In this document: one piece after another, positions 36,402 to 48,259 of the stretch
Numbering within the stretch: position 1 is the first letter of the stretch
How the letters are laid out: the number at the start of each line of letters is the position of its first letter
DNA from: Rebecca billardiae RCC1528
Taxonomy: Eukaryota > Protista > Haptophyta
DNA: 64,000 nucleotides
Reading direction: 5' to 3'
NCBI GenBank assembly: GCA_965240325.2
Contig: OZ251233.1
Location: 1,798,001 to 1,862,000, forward strand
The notes under the pieces: generated by a model
The model's input: the letters and a program-made list of their open reading frames with translations, nothing else
Databases searched by the model: none
What the model was told of the DNA's origin: nothing
Made by a program: the position numbers and the translations under genes

Positions 36402-37039
36402 CAGGGGGGGCCAGATGAAGTTTCCCACTAACTTCGGAAGGGAAGCCATGGCGGGCGTGAATGCCCGTCCCAACGCGATCCAAGGCGCGTGTGGCACGTC
36501 CGGGACCGGGGGGCATGCCACACGCCGGTCGGCGTCGCCGTACGAGCGCGTGTGCGTGAGTGACAGCTTCCCTTCCGACTTTTCGACCACTCTCACGTCC
36601 ACGTCCACGACCCCGTACGACCGGCGCGCCGGTGAGGTTGCGCATGAGAAGGATGGGCAGGTAGCGGCCAGGATCACCGTTCTGACGGTCATACTGCCCT
36701 CTGGGGCATGCATTGCGACGATGCATGCCTGGCGATGGTCCATCTGACCCTACAAGCCGTGGATCTGAGGAGCAATGTTGGCTGCGCGGTAGTCGTGCGA
36801 CCGCCGTCCGACACGGCTGCCGTGGCGAATACATTTGGCGTGTGCGCGCCTGTCAACGGCAGGGTGATCAACGACCGGCATGGCTAGCAAGCTGATCAGG
36901 ACTAGTAACAACCTTGTCTGAGACCACGCCACGCCATTTGGCGACCTCGCCACCGCTCAATGCCCGTCCAGAGGCACGGACGTGCCGCACTACCTGGCCA
37001 GCCACCGCCAAAGTGGGGCCCACCATCTGGTCCCCCCTG
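36402..37039. mobile_element. Tc1/mariner-type MITE
   Basis: TA|CAGGGGGG(G/A)CCAGATG-N6-CCCACT inverted at both ends, with TA flanks. Confidence 0.75.
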
Positions 37040-37865
37040 TAGTAAACTGTGCACCCAAGCCACGGCTGGCGGCCGGAGGAGGGCAGGAGTCCGGGAGCCA
37101 AGGCGCTGGGTGCGTACCAAGCTTGAGGCAGTGGTGGTGTGAGCACGTTGACGGTTGGTCGCCAGGGTTGATGTCAAGTTGTAGTTGTCGTCGTCGACGG
37201 CGCCGTCCGGCCTGGCAGGAAGTAGGACTAGGAGTACCTAAAGGGCAAGGCAAAGACTGCGGTTCACGAGCATGTTGACCGCACGGCGTGGTGCCAGCAG
37301 TGTGCCGGTCGCTGTGGCAACGTGAATTGAGTTGGCCGGGTCCGAGGAAATGTCAGCTTCCGACGGCGCTACCATCGGCGACGGCTTCATGGGCGCGGTG
37401 ACAGTTGGCGGGCGTCAATCTCGCCTGCCTGAGCTGCGTGTGCGTCTCTTATTCTTACTGATGTAGTCGTATAAACTGTTACTGTCACGCCTGCCACGCC
37501 AAGTCGACGGTGGCCGGTAGCCGGCTAACATTAAATCAGTTAGACAGCCCAGCTGAACAGCGAGTCCGCCTGCGAGGCGCGAGCCCGACCGAGGCGGCGA
37601 GTCCGTGTCCGTGAGCGATCGCGGCGTGACCGTGGGCGTGGTCGGCACCAGGTGCATATGATGAGGCCTGACGTCCCGTCCGGACTCAGGTGTCTGGGGT
37701 CGCCTGCTCACACGCCGGGAGACGCCTCGTCGGGCGATCGACGGGATCTGCGCCGCGGCATCCACATCCCCGCGAAGGCCTACTCATTGCAACCAGACGC
37801 CGTGCGCGCACGGTCGAAGCCTTGGCAGGAAGCGCAGCGCGCGCGCGGCCACCCATTCGGAGTAG

Positions 37866-38661
37866 TCACAACTCCTCCTTCTCATTGCCGCTGGGCGCAG
37901 GGTCGCCTGCTGTGCCGTGCTGCTTCTTCTTACCCTTCTTGCCCGACTTCTTCTTCTTTTGCAGATCCGGGTCGGGTCGCGGGTCGGGCGGGACGTACCC
38001 CTCGTAACCGGCCACGTTGGGCTTCTTCCAATCGATGCCCTCGCAGATGCCAGTGAGCTCCAAGCACAACTTGTCAGAGCTGCCCTCACCACCGGCGATC
38101 AGCGCAGCCTCAAGCTCATCGCCTGCACCGGCGCGCGCACGGACGCCGGCGGTTCGCGTGAGTGCAGCCGTCGGCTTCCGTCTCCACCGGGCGTGTGCCA
38201 CCATGCGCGCGCACCGCTGTGCTCCGCAAGGAACTCCTGGCAGCCCTTCTTCATCTTGGGCGGGATGCTCTCGTAGATCTTGAGGTACTTCACGTCACAC
38301 ACCTCGTCGAGGAACTCGATCACGTCGGCAGGGTCGCGCTTTGGGGTGTGCCGGAATCGGTGGTCAGTCTGGTGCACTATGGCTCGGCATGCGTGGCACA
38401 GCAGGCGAGCGTCCGTCTCGATGGGCTTGCGCGGGTCCTGCCGGTGCAGGGGATAGAGGGCAAAGTCACGTGCGACGCGATTGCTGGTCGATCGCGGGGA
38501 CGGCGGTGTGCGCCCATGCGGGCACGCTGGTACGGGTGCGTGGGGCGGGGTGAGGGCGCGCATACCGAGCCCATGACAAGGTTATCTATCGCGGACCCTG
38601 CTCGCGCGAGAACGGGCAAGAACAACACGGCAAGCGCCGCGGCGCATTGACCCGCCGCCAT
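37866..38661 (-). CDS. ER-retained saposin-like (Canopy-like) protein; exons 38661-38566, 38437-38215, 38122-37866 (191 aa)
   Basis: Signal peptide, six-Cys saposin spacing (CHAC...VC...GC...LC..GIC), Lys-rich tail and C-terminal KEEL; two GT-AG introns keep frame. Confidence 0.82.
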
Positions 38662-38756
38662 CGCCCTCGGTCTCGATGGGGTGCGGCTGCCCAACGCCCA
38701 ACGCCTTCAGGCCTCACGCGCGGACGCGAACCCACGCTGCGCTGCGGTTCCGAGGG

Positions 38757-39992
38757 ATGGCGTCGTTGCACAGACGATCCTTGGCAACAGCGCTGCTACT
38801 CCTCAGGCTCGGCAGCGTCTCGGCGGGAAGATCGCGGAGCATTGTCTACGTGCACATTGGGAAGGCCGGTGGCGGGAGCGTGGACACCGGGCTCGAGCAG
38901 CTGTGCATCCGCGGTCTCGTGGACGAGGTGATCGCTGTTCACACGTGCAAAGCGAGCAAGAATGCCACGCGCAAGCCGTTGCCGTTTCTCCCCTGCACTA
39001 TGGTGCACGTTGGCGGCCCGCTCCTCGAGAGCAATCACACCGCCTGCTCCAGCTCGATCGAGATCACGAGCAGGAGTACGCCTCTCTTCTCCCGTGCCGA
39101 CATGGTCGCCCAGAGGGCGCAGCACGCGCACATCCTGCTGTGGGTCCGAGACCCAGTTGCTCGGTTCGCCTCGTGCTGGGGCAACATGATGGCGCTCGAT
39201 CGAGACAGCCTGCCGGAGCACAAGAGCGCGAGTAAGGCGAGTCGCGTCGATTTCTTCGTGAACACCACTCTCCCCGCCATCCAGCAGCGCATCCCTGGGC
39301 TCGAGCGCCTGAGCGAGCTGCACGTGCGCACAGACCTCCAGAGCCTGCTGGAGGTGATCGCCGCCAGCCCCCGCGCACAGGAGGCGATGCAGCAGGTCTT
39401 CGAGAACGTGCCGCACGCCCTCACCGGCGTCGCGCATTACATGGGCGGCACGGAGGGGCTCGAGCGCGTGCGCGCACGGCTGGCATTCGTCGGTACGACG
39501 GAGCATTTTGAGGAAAGCTGGAAAGCGATGATGCCTGCGCTCTCGCGTGCGTTTGGCTGGAGCGAAGGGCACTGGCGCAGCTCGGTGCCCGCAGCGCCAA
39601 TACTTGCGCACACGCACGTCTCGTCGAGCGGGCACGCACGCAGTTCGCTGTCTGCGGCCTCCGTCCGCTTTCTGCGCGATCACTTTGCGGCTGACCTCGA
39701 GTGCATCGCTCTGCTCTCAAAGTGGGAGCTGCTGCAGCGCTCGTATGCGGTCGAGGTGGGGGCGGTCGCGGACCCGTCAGTGAAGGGCGTCTCAGCGCGC
39801 ACGTCGTACACGTACGAGGCCTTGTCCCTGCCAAGGCCCGACGACGCGCCCGAGGCCGTCCGTGCGGCAAAGCGCGTCGTTTCACGCTGGGGGGGAGCTC
39901 TGCTCGAGACGTTGGGCTCGGGGCTCGGCCAGCCCGACCTCAATCGCATGGGCTCCAAGATCCGCCGTGCAAATGGCGGTGGGCGGCGGTGA
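38757..39992 (+). CDS. Sulfotransferase family protein with N-terminal signal/anchor
   Basis: 5'-PSB-like VHIGKAGGGS, 3'-PB-like VRDPVARFAS, and FVGTTEHFEES. Confidence 0.8.
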   Translation: MASLHRRSLATALLLLRLGSVSAGRSRSIVYVHIGKAGGGSVDTGLEQLCIRGLVDEVIAVHTCKASKNATRKPLPFLPCTMVHVGGPLLESNHTACSSSIEITSRSTPLFSRADMVAQRAQHAHILLWVRDPVARFASCWGNMMALDRDSLPEHKSASKASRVDFFVNTTLPAIQQRIPGLERLSELHVRTDLQSLLEVIAASPRAQEAMQQVFENVPHALTGVAHYMGGTEGLERVRARLAFVGTTEHFEESWKAMMPALSRAFGWSEGHWRSSVPAAPILAHTHVSSSGHARSSLSAASVRFLRDHFAADLECIALLSKWELLQRSYAVEVGAVADPSVKGVSARTSYTYEALSLPRPDDAPEAVRAAKRVVSRWGGALLETLGSGLGQPDLNRMGSKIRRANGGGRR

Positions 39993-40129
39993 TGATATAA
40001 ATAGCTCGCGACGCGATTATTACTATATATATATAGGTTATCTAATTTACACTGATGGAAAATTTTATAGAATCAGCATAAAACATTGATGTGACACCGC
40101 TATATATTAATATATATATATATATATAT

Positions 40130-40544
40130 TTAACGACGTGGTATGCAACCGGCAAGCGTCAGGCTCAGAGTGCAGCAGACTACACATAGAATGCGTCCGC
40201 GCCTTCCAACCAGGTCAGGCAGTGCGCCACCCGCAGCCCTGCCCCCCTATGGGAGCGGGGCCGGCCGATGGAGCACTCTGCACTGCCTCGGCCTGGGGCA
40301 CGCGGCGGCGACTGCAGATGCCGCCGCTGCCGAGCGCCTTCCGGAGCACTTGGATGAGGGTGAGGTCGTAGTCGATGTCGCCGCCCGCCGACCTAGCGGC
40401 GAGCAGCTCCGGCAAGCGGCAGCCGCGGCTGTCGCCCCCGTGCGCCCGCGTGGGCGCCTGGATGAGGATGAGGTCGTAGTACGCGTCGCCGCGCGCCGGC
40501 CAAGCGGCGCGCAGCTGCAGAAGAGGGGCTTGGAGAGTGAGCGC
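40130..40544 (+). mobile_element. (TA)n-embedded repeat, subfamily B
   Basis: Shared terminus; TA runs on both sides; close match to 40634-41052. Confidence 0.8.
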
Positions 40545-40561
40545 AAATATATATATTATAG

Positions 40562-40622
<61 letters not shown>

Positions 40623-40633
40623 TAAGTATATAT

Positions 40634-41052
40634 TTAACGACGTGGTATGCAACCGCGACAAGCGTCAGGCTCAGAGTGCAGCAGACGCATAGAATGCGTC
40701 CGCGCCTTCCGACCAGGTCAGGCAGTGCGCCACCCGCAGCCCTGCCCCCCTACGGGAGCGGGGCCGGGATGGAGCACCGCCTCGGCCTGGGGCACGCGGC
40801 GGCGACGGCAGATGCCGCCGCTGCCGAGCGCCTTCCGGAGCACTTGGATGAGGGTGAGGTCGTAGTCGATGTCGCCGCCCGCCGACCTAGCGGCGGGCAG
40901 CTGGCCGGCAAGCGGCAGCCGCGGCTGTCGCCGCCCCGTGCGCCCGCGTGGGCGCCTGGATGAGGATGAGGTCGCAGTACGCGTCGCCGCGCGCCGGCCA
41001 AGCGGCGCGCAGCTGCAGAAGAGGGGCTTGGAGAGCGAGCGCGCCGCCTAGC
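40634..41052 (+). mobile_element. (TA)n-embedded repeat, subfamily B (tandem second copy)
   Basis: Shared terminus; TA runs on both sides; close match to 40130-40544. Confidence 0.8.
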
Positions 41053-41369
41053 ATATATATATATAGTATATCATCATTGATATGACAGTTAATACGACAT
41101 AATTAAATAATAACATTAATAATCCGATGAACACTCAACAGCGTCAACACTCACACACACACGGCACATTCACACGGGCGACACGGCGCCTAGTCTGCCG
41201 CCTAGACATGCTACAGCACACATGCGCTACACATTCAACTCACATGCACACACACACATCACACACACACACACACACACCATGCGCAATTTGAAATATT
41301 ATATTGGCGAATACTGCTTGGCGCACGTGCGCTTTGGGGGCACGCGCCCGCGGGGGCGCTGCGCACGAC

Positions 41370-41610
41370 GGCTACTTCGAGGCGACGGCTGACGACGCGT
41401 GGCACCGCGACCACCGCGGTGGCGTGCGCGCGTCGACTCCAGACGGTGCGTCGAGCTTCCGCTCGGCGATGGAGTGATGGGCGACTACCATACGAGGGGG
41501 GGGGGGGGACGACGGCGAGGAGCGCTGATCCTGGTGTTTGTCTCTGCTGCTCGATCTGCTGCTACAGCTTGCTGACTCTGACGCCTGCCCGTTGCATACC
41601 ACGTCGTTAA
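41370..41610 (-). mobile_element. (TA)n-anchored repeat, subfamily A
   Basis: Reverse complement of 24773-25009. Confidence 0.75.
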
Positions 41611-42717
41611 TATATGATAATTAATTACTGATTTCATCGTCCTGTCTTCTGTGCCCATCGAGGCCCGTTCCAATTTTCGAGCCTGCAGTTGATGTGTCAA
41701 TGAACTGCGCCCGCGGAAACGTCAAACGAGCACGGATCGTCATCGTTATCAGACATCATCAGTGATCGGGCGGTCACTGTACGATGATCACTCAATAACT
41801 CATCAAGCTCATAAGGAGTCTCGGATGCAGTCCAGCTTGAGCTTGAGCTTCGCCGATCGCGGATATGCCATACGGACGAGCCACGCAAGGCACACTGAAT
41901 CTACCGCATGAATGTGCCCACAGCGACAACAGCGTGATGCCAAAGCTTTTACCAATGGCAGTTGCATGCCACACGATGCATGATTCAACCACTGCCCGCT
42001 GCCTGAGGCCACAAGTTGTGTCCTCGCGCTGTGGCAGCTTCACAAGCTTGCGCCCGCGCCGACCGGAACTCGCGTGTCACACGCGCACGGTCTCAACTGT
42101 CGATGCGGCGCACGAGGAGGGTGCTCAGTGCAGAGAGTGGCGCGATGCGATTTCACAGCAGTCCGAAAGCGCGAGCCGCGGTAGTTGGTGCGCGGCGGAG
42201 GCGAGCGCCATTGGGCATTAGTGGCCGTGAATCGTGCGTTGGCCGACTGAAGTACTGAACCTCCACGACCACCGGCGGAGTTCAAGTTGGAACTTTCTAT
42301 CACACAGTAGCTTTTAAAATCGTCTTCCGGCCTTCCGTGCCGCTTCATCACCGAGCGAGCGAGCCGACGAGTCGACGACGCAGCGATCGAGACCACAGCC
42401 TGAGATATCGGAGATGATGACCACAATATCAATTATTACACCAGAAGGTCTGCGACGACGACGTGGGTTCGGTCTTCACCGTCAGGGACCGTCTTGTCAC
42501 GCGAGTTCTGGCAAGGACGGCTCAATTCTCCATATTGCCGTGCAAGTCGTGAGCTCGCGACATAGCAAACCGAACACGAGAAGGCACAGCCGTACGACTT
42601 GTTGAGATATCTGCAGGCCAATCAGATCGAATCAGACCCTTTGGAAGGCCACGAGTCGTTCGGACGAGACGACGCTGGAGCCGAAGCGAAGTCTCCACCC
42701 CATCGTCCGTTCGCGTC

Positions 42718-44124
42718 ATGTGCACGAGGGCGTTGGTCACGACCGCGCGGTGTGGGCTGGCTCGACGCTGGCTATCGACGAGGGTGCCAACGCGAGAGGA
42801 TGTCCTCTCGCGTCGCCCGGGCTTGAGTGCAGACGGCCTCTCTTTTGTGTGCCGCACCACCGACGGCGACTACTCCATCGGCCGCGCCCTTGGCAGCCTG
42901 TGGCTCAAATTGCGCTCGACACCAGTCGACGTGAACTACTCGTACCGGGAGTGGTCCGAGCACGAACGCTCTTCGCGTCACATCATGCAATGGGGCCCAC
43001 GAATGCTCAGCTCGCAGACGCTCCGACGGCTGCTCCTCCCCGACCTCACGCTCATCACGTGCTTCTCGCAGGCGATCGTGCTACACAACTGCCGCGTCGC
43101 TGCAGGTGAGGGCGCAACCTACGTGGAGCAGCCCGGCTGGGACGTGATACTGCACCCTGACCAAGTCATGCTACCCACTGAACCTTTCTCGCTCTCCGGC
43201 TTCGCGCTCGGGCTGCTTGTCACCTTCCGCATGCAGTCGTGCCACGGCCGGTACGTCGAGGCGCGAACACTTTGGGGGGCGCAGCTCAACACGTGCCGCG
43301 ACCTCGCGAGCCGGCTGCTTGCGGTCATCCCGGCGGACACGCCCGCTCTCCGAAGCGAGCGTGCGCGCGCGATTCGGCTGCTCTCCAGCTTCGCACTCAC
43401 GCTCAAGTACCAGCTGACGTACACCGGTGGAAACAAGCACATCGACAAGTACGGCAGGCCAGACGCGGAAGTGCGCGCCGACATCGACGCAGCGCTCGAG
43501 GACGAGGTGACGCTAGCTTGGGAGGACGCCGAAGGCGTGCTGCGCGAGGGCGAGATGGCCGCATTCTGCCGCGAGCTGCTCGCCTGCCCGCCCACAGGCC
43601 GTCCCCTGCACGTGCTGCACGAGCTGGGCATGGTCGTGCGCCGCGTGCGCGACGCCGGCATTGTCAGCCCGGTCTCATGCCAGACGCTGGATCAGCAGAT
43701 CATGTCGCTGGCCAACGTGCTGGGCGGGTGTGAGCGGCTGATGCGCACGCCCATCTACACGCCGTTCACCAACCACCTCTCGCGCTTCCTCCTGCTCTGG
43801 TGCCTCTCTGTGCCCGCCGCCATGTACCCTGTCTGCGGGCCGAGCGGGACTACCGTCGTGTCCGTGGCGATCGGGTGGCTGCTGCTGGGCATGGAGGACA
43901 TCGCCTCCGCGATCGAGCAGCCTTTCGGCGCGCTACCGCTGTGGCTGTACTGCGACACGGTGCACACGTCTGTGAGGCAGGTCGAGGCGCATGACGCGCG
44001 TTCACGCGCCATGGAAGCAGCAGTGGCCGCCCCAGAACGGACAAGCAACCATCACAGTCCCAGGCCGGCTGCCAGGCAGACTGTCGCACAGACACGGAGA
44101 GGCAATGCGCAGGCCTCAGCATGA
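42718..44124 (+). CDS. Bestrophin-like anion channel (YneE/VCCN/BST type)
   Basis: PFSLSGFALGLLVTFR..RYVEARTLWG, GGCERLMRTPI, LLGMEDIASAIEQPFG. Confidence 0.9.
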   Translation: MCTRALVTTARCGLARRWLSTRVPTREDVLSRRPGLSADGLSFVCRTTDGDYSIGRALGSLWLKLRSTPVDVNYSYREWSEHERSSRHIMQWGPRMLSSQTLRRLLLPDLTLITCFSQAIVLHNCRVAAGEGATYVEQPGWDVILHPDQVMLPTEPFSLSGFALGLLVTFRMQSCHGRYVEARTLWGAQLNTCRDLASRLLAVIPADTPALRSERARAIRLLSSFALTLKYQLTYTGGNKHIDKYGRPDAEVRADIDAALEDEVTLAWEDAEGVLREGEMAAFCRELLACPPTGRPLHVLHELGMVVRRVRDAGIVSPVSCQTLDQQIMSLANVLGGCERLMRTPIYTPFTNHLSRFLLLWCLSVPAAMYPVCGPSGTTVVSVAIGWLLLGMEDIASAIEQPFGALPLWLYCDTVHTSVRQVEAHDARSRAMEAAVAAPERTSNHHSPRPAARQTVAQTRRGNAQASA

Positions 44125-45599
44125 TCCTCAGCATATAAATATGAAGTAGCAGATGATACATACACACTATTAAGAACTCTAAGAGCTCTACATCATCACA
44201 CAGCAGCTACTCACTGTCTCTGTCTCACAGACTGAGTGAGACTGACTCACACGTTCGTAATCGTAACAGGGACCGACACGACGACTCATAATCGGTAAAT
44301 ATTCGCGCGGTCGGTTCGTCGTCACGGTCAGCATCAACATTCACATAGACACATTGACATTGTCCGGAGCCGTCGATATCATGCTGCATGCTCATTGCTG
44401 CTGCTCAGAGTCAGACAGCTCGTCTCTAACAGCTCAGACTTGGCGCTGTCGCTTACACGCCAACACGGAATGACCGACGATTGGTAATGACGATGATAGT
44501 ATGGCGACGTGCGCGCCGCCATCACGTCATTCTATTCACTATAACTACGCCGAGTGAGGCGAGTGCCAAGCGAGCCCGGGCGCACTCGGCACTGGCGGGG
44601 GCGCGGGCCCGAGGGCAGTCCGCGGCACGCGAGGTGACCCCGGCCTGGCCGGCCGTCGGGGCGCCCTCGCCGACAACTCGGACAGCGGGCCGTCACCGTT
44701 GCCACGGCCGCGGCCCGCGCCTCGCAGTCGCAGGCGCGCGGGTCGCCCCGCCGCCGCCTGGCCGAGTACGGTCCGACCGTAGTCCGTGGCCGGCCTGTCA
44801 CTAGTGTCAGCCTGACTGAGGCTGAGCCATAGGAGCGCCCTGGCGGGCGAAGAAACTGATGGTACGATACCTAGTTATACTTATGGCCCGCGGTGCAGGG
44901 CGGAGCGCGTAGCGTGGAGCCCCACCGGGGCCCTCACTACGTTGTCAAAAAGATCTTTTGATCAAAGAAAAGGGGACGGGGGACGATTTTTAGGGTTGTT
45001 GGAGGGTGAGTTTTCGATTTTTTGAGGGGTACGGTACAATGCTGTCCATCCCAAGCTTAAAAGGCCGCGCCCGGGTCATTCCGCGTATGTCGTTGGACGG
45101 CCGTCACATTGTCAGTAAACGAATCTGCGCCATTGTGGTAATGCCCGGGGCCGGACTCCGCCCAGCACCAGACAACAGTGATCCGGACTCCGGACTGGGC
45201 GGTCCGGCGATCGCTCCCCGCGATGAGTCGATGACCAGTGGACCTCTCGACCCGCAGTCAAACGCCGGCGACGCGGCGCGGGCGCGCGCGGACGCGCACG
45301 CGAACCGGCTCGGCATGCGGAACGCGTTGATGCGCTTGGGGACGCACGACATCGGGCCGTTCTGAAACGACACCGGGCGAAACTCTACCGCGTGCACGCG
45401 CGGACCGCAGGCCGCGTGACGACTTCGACACTGCGCGACGCGAAGGAGCAGGTGCTGGCGCCGCAGATGGCGGTGCGGGCGTTCTGCCCCGGAGCTGCAA
45501 CAACCCGCTGCTCTCGGGCCAGGTGCATCAGCGCATCCAGGACCGCCGCTGCCACGTGCTAACCAAGGTGGTGGGCATGAGACACGCGACCGTGTGCGA

Positions 45600-46860
45600 G
45601 CAAGGCGTGCCAAGATGATCGACACGGCGAAGCAGGTGGTGATCGAGGCGCTGAGCCTGATCATGGTGAGGCGCATCTTCTCGACCTGCCCGACGCGCAG
45701 ACCACGCAGGCGTCGCTTCCGGGCGCGTGGGACTCGCGCACCAAGACGGTGTGGCGCGTGGACCCTGTCGCTAAGGCCGGTCAACTCCGCCTGGCCGCTG
45801 GAGGTGGTCGCTCGCCGCGCCTGGCCAAGCTGGTGCACGTGAGGGGCCAGCTGATGGCGGCGGTGGTGCCACCGATGAAGCTGATCTTCGTGCAGCGCAA
45901 GGACGCGTCGGGCCCGTTCTCCCACGTGCTCAAGATCGTCTTCCGCGTCGCGACGATGAGCGTGGCGGCCCCTCACAACCTGCAGCTGCCGGCGTCGCTG
46001 CTCTCAGCTCTGTGCGCGGCGCGCGCGCGCGCGTGCGCGCGCGACGGGCACGTGGCGCGCCGACCAGCCGTACGGCGCTGACTGTTGACGCACCTCGCGC
46101 ATGCGCTACCCCGGCCGCGCCGCCGCCGCCGCCGCGCAGGCATGCTCTCGTAGGAGGAGACGGCGGAGCTGCGCGCACACATGGCCGCGCGCGGCTCTCG
46201 GTCGGACGGTCGGCGATCACGGGCGCGCTGCCGGCCCGGCGCGCCGCTGAACGACGAGTAGGCCGCGCTGGAGGAGTACGTCCGCCGCCGCGCTCCGCCT
46301 GCGCGAGCAGCGCTCCGCCGCGCCCGACCCGCTGGCCGAGCAGCTGCGCAGCGACCGCGCCATCGCAGAGCAGCTGCAGCGCGAGGAGATGGCGGCACGC
46401 GCGGGCGGCGCGCCCGTGACGCTGCACTCGGCCGAGGTCGACGAGGACGCGCAGATGGCGCTGGCGCTGCTGCTCGTGTGCGAGGCGTGCGACCAGGACA
46501 CACGCGCGCTGCGCAACGCTGAGCGCCGGATCCGTTTTCGGCGCCGTAAGGTACGCAAGGCGCTGGCAGCGGAGCGCACCGGGGCGGCGGCGCATGCGCG
46601 CACGCGGCGCGCTCGCGGTCGATGCGCGGCAACTCCAACCGCCTCGGCAAGCGCAAGCAGCGGGACGAGGGCGGCGCCGCGGCGGCGGGTGCGATGAACA
46701 AATCGGACGAGCGCGCCAAGTCCCGACGCATCGCCAACGCCGCCAAGCTGTTCGAGGACATGGACGGCGACGAGATCGCGGCCGCGGCGCACGCGGCGGG
46801 CAAGCTGGACTGCCAACTTGCGACGCGTCTCGCAGACTGCCACTGCCACTGGGCCTGGCC
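45600..46860 (+). pseudogene. Degenerate coding fragments of unknown origin
   Basis: Consecutive protein-like segments in different frames (AKMIDTAKQVVIEAL; MKLIFVQRKDASGPF; SDERAKSRRIANAAKLFEDMDG) separated by stops and frame changes. Confidence 0.35.
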
Positions 46861-47548
46861 CATTATAAATCTTCATACGACATTGAGCAGCCGAGCAGCC
46901 GACGGAGGGTGCACCGCGGGCCCCTAACTGCGTTGGTTCTACGGAAGGACCGCCGGGAACGCGGTCATAGTAGGTAGCAGTCGAACACCGGCACCCCGCA
47001 GACGGGTCTGACCGCTGTCGACGCCACTGGCCAAGTGGCCAGCGACTCACTTTGAAGTCTATTGACAGTCAAAGACAACGGTGCCAGACGGTGACGTATT
47101 GTCATTATTGACGAGATTATATGTCATATCCGATTAAATTGATTCGAGTAGCTATAGTGAAAAGAATAATAGCATCATCAGCGAGCTCGGAGCTTGGCGC
47201 CCGTGCCGGCGTGCCGGCGCGGTCGCTCACCCGCCGGACGACTGGGCACTGGCGATTCACCTGTGACTCGGCCGACGCGCGGCGCCGACGTCATCAGTAG
47301 TCGTCGTCACCGCCGGCAGACGGCGCAGTCCGCGCAGACGCAGAGTCGTTAACGCGGCGACGTGTCATATCGTATCATCATAACGTGACGACGGATCCGA
47401 CGTGTAACAGTGTGTACTCACTTCTCAGTGATGCCGTCAATAGGCAGTGACTCGGAGTAGGCTTCGGACTGCACATGACTATGCCGAATATAGGCAGCCG
47501 CGTAGGCGCGGCTCATGCGGACCGTTCCGTGAGTGCGTCGCGGCGGGC

Positions 47549-48259
47549 CTAGGGGCTTCGAGCATTTTGCTGACGATTGATCGCGGCTTCCTCCAGAATT
47601 TTGCGAGCCTGCGCCTTCGTACGATGCCGCAGGTGATTCGCGTGGCTGATCAGCAGCACCGTCACGAAGAAGCCGAGCATTGCAACGGCGCTGCTTGGCC
47701 AGCCCAGGTTGTGCACCACAATGTGGGGCGAGACGTAAACAGTCACGCTCAGCGAGCCGAGGAGGCAAAAGGCAGAAGAAAGCTGTGCGGCCGACGCAAT
47801 GTATCGCTGGTACCGGGTGACGTCGATGAACTTGTAGGCGAGGGGAGCGGCGCGATAGACCATGGGCCTGCCCCCTTCCCCGCGCATCGACAGCAGGCTG
47901 TCGCCATGGTACCCGTGGTATATGTAGATGAATGTCGAGAGCAGCCCAAGCGTGGTTGCGATCAGACTCAGCATGACCGCGTACCCAAGCGCCTTATTCT
48001 CGTCGACCTCGGCATCGGTGCTGATCTCGAAGAGGACCGTCGCGCTGAAGCCGAAGAGAAGGGCGCTCACAACCCCAAGCGACTGGTATGAGGCGAGCTT
48101 GCGCTGCACACTCAAGAGTTCCTGCTCCTCCATCTGCGAGCCTGTGAGATCAGTGTCGGTGATAGCACCCTCAAGACGCCGCTCTTCTGCGGTCAGATCC
48201 GTGTACTGCTCCGGGCGCACAGACTTGGCCTTGGCACCGCAAGGCCAACAGCCCGCCAT
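47549..48259 (-). CDS. Four-TM membrane protein, Orai/CRAC-like
   Basis: TM1 SALLFGFSATVLFE parallels Orai SALLSGFAMVAMVE; three further hydrophobic helices; Cys-containing N-terminus. Confidence 0.6.
   Translation of the reverse strand: MAGCWPCGAKAKSVRPEQYTDLTAEERRLEGAITDTDLTGSQMEEQELLSVQRKLASYQSLGVVSALLFGFSATVLFEISTDAEVDENKALGYAVMLSLIATTLGLLSTFIYIYHGYHGDSLLSMRGEGGRPMVYRAAPLAYKFIDVTRYQRYIASAAQLSSAFCLLGSLSVTVYVSPHIVVHNLGWPSSAVAMLGFFVTVLLISHANHLRHRTKAQARKILEEAAINRQQNARSP

Noticed and set aside
44935-47083. CACTA element around the degenerate coding fragments
   Set aside because: Only CACTACGTTGTC vs GACAACGGTG match, with an indel and no exact target-site duplication; too weak to call.
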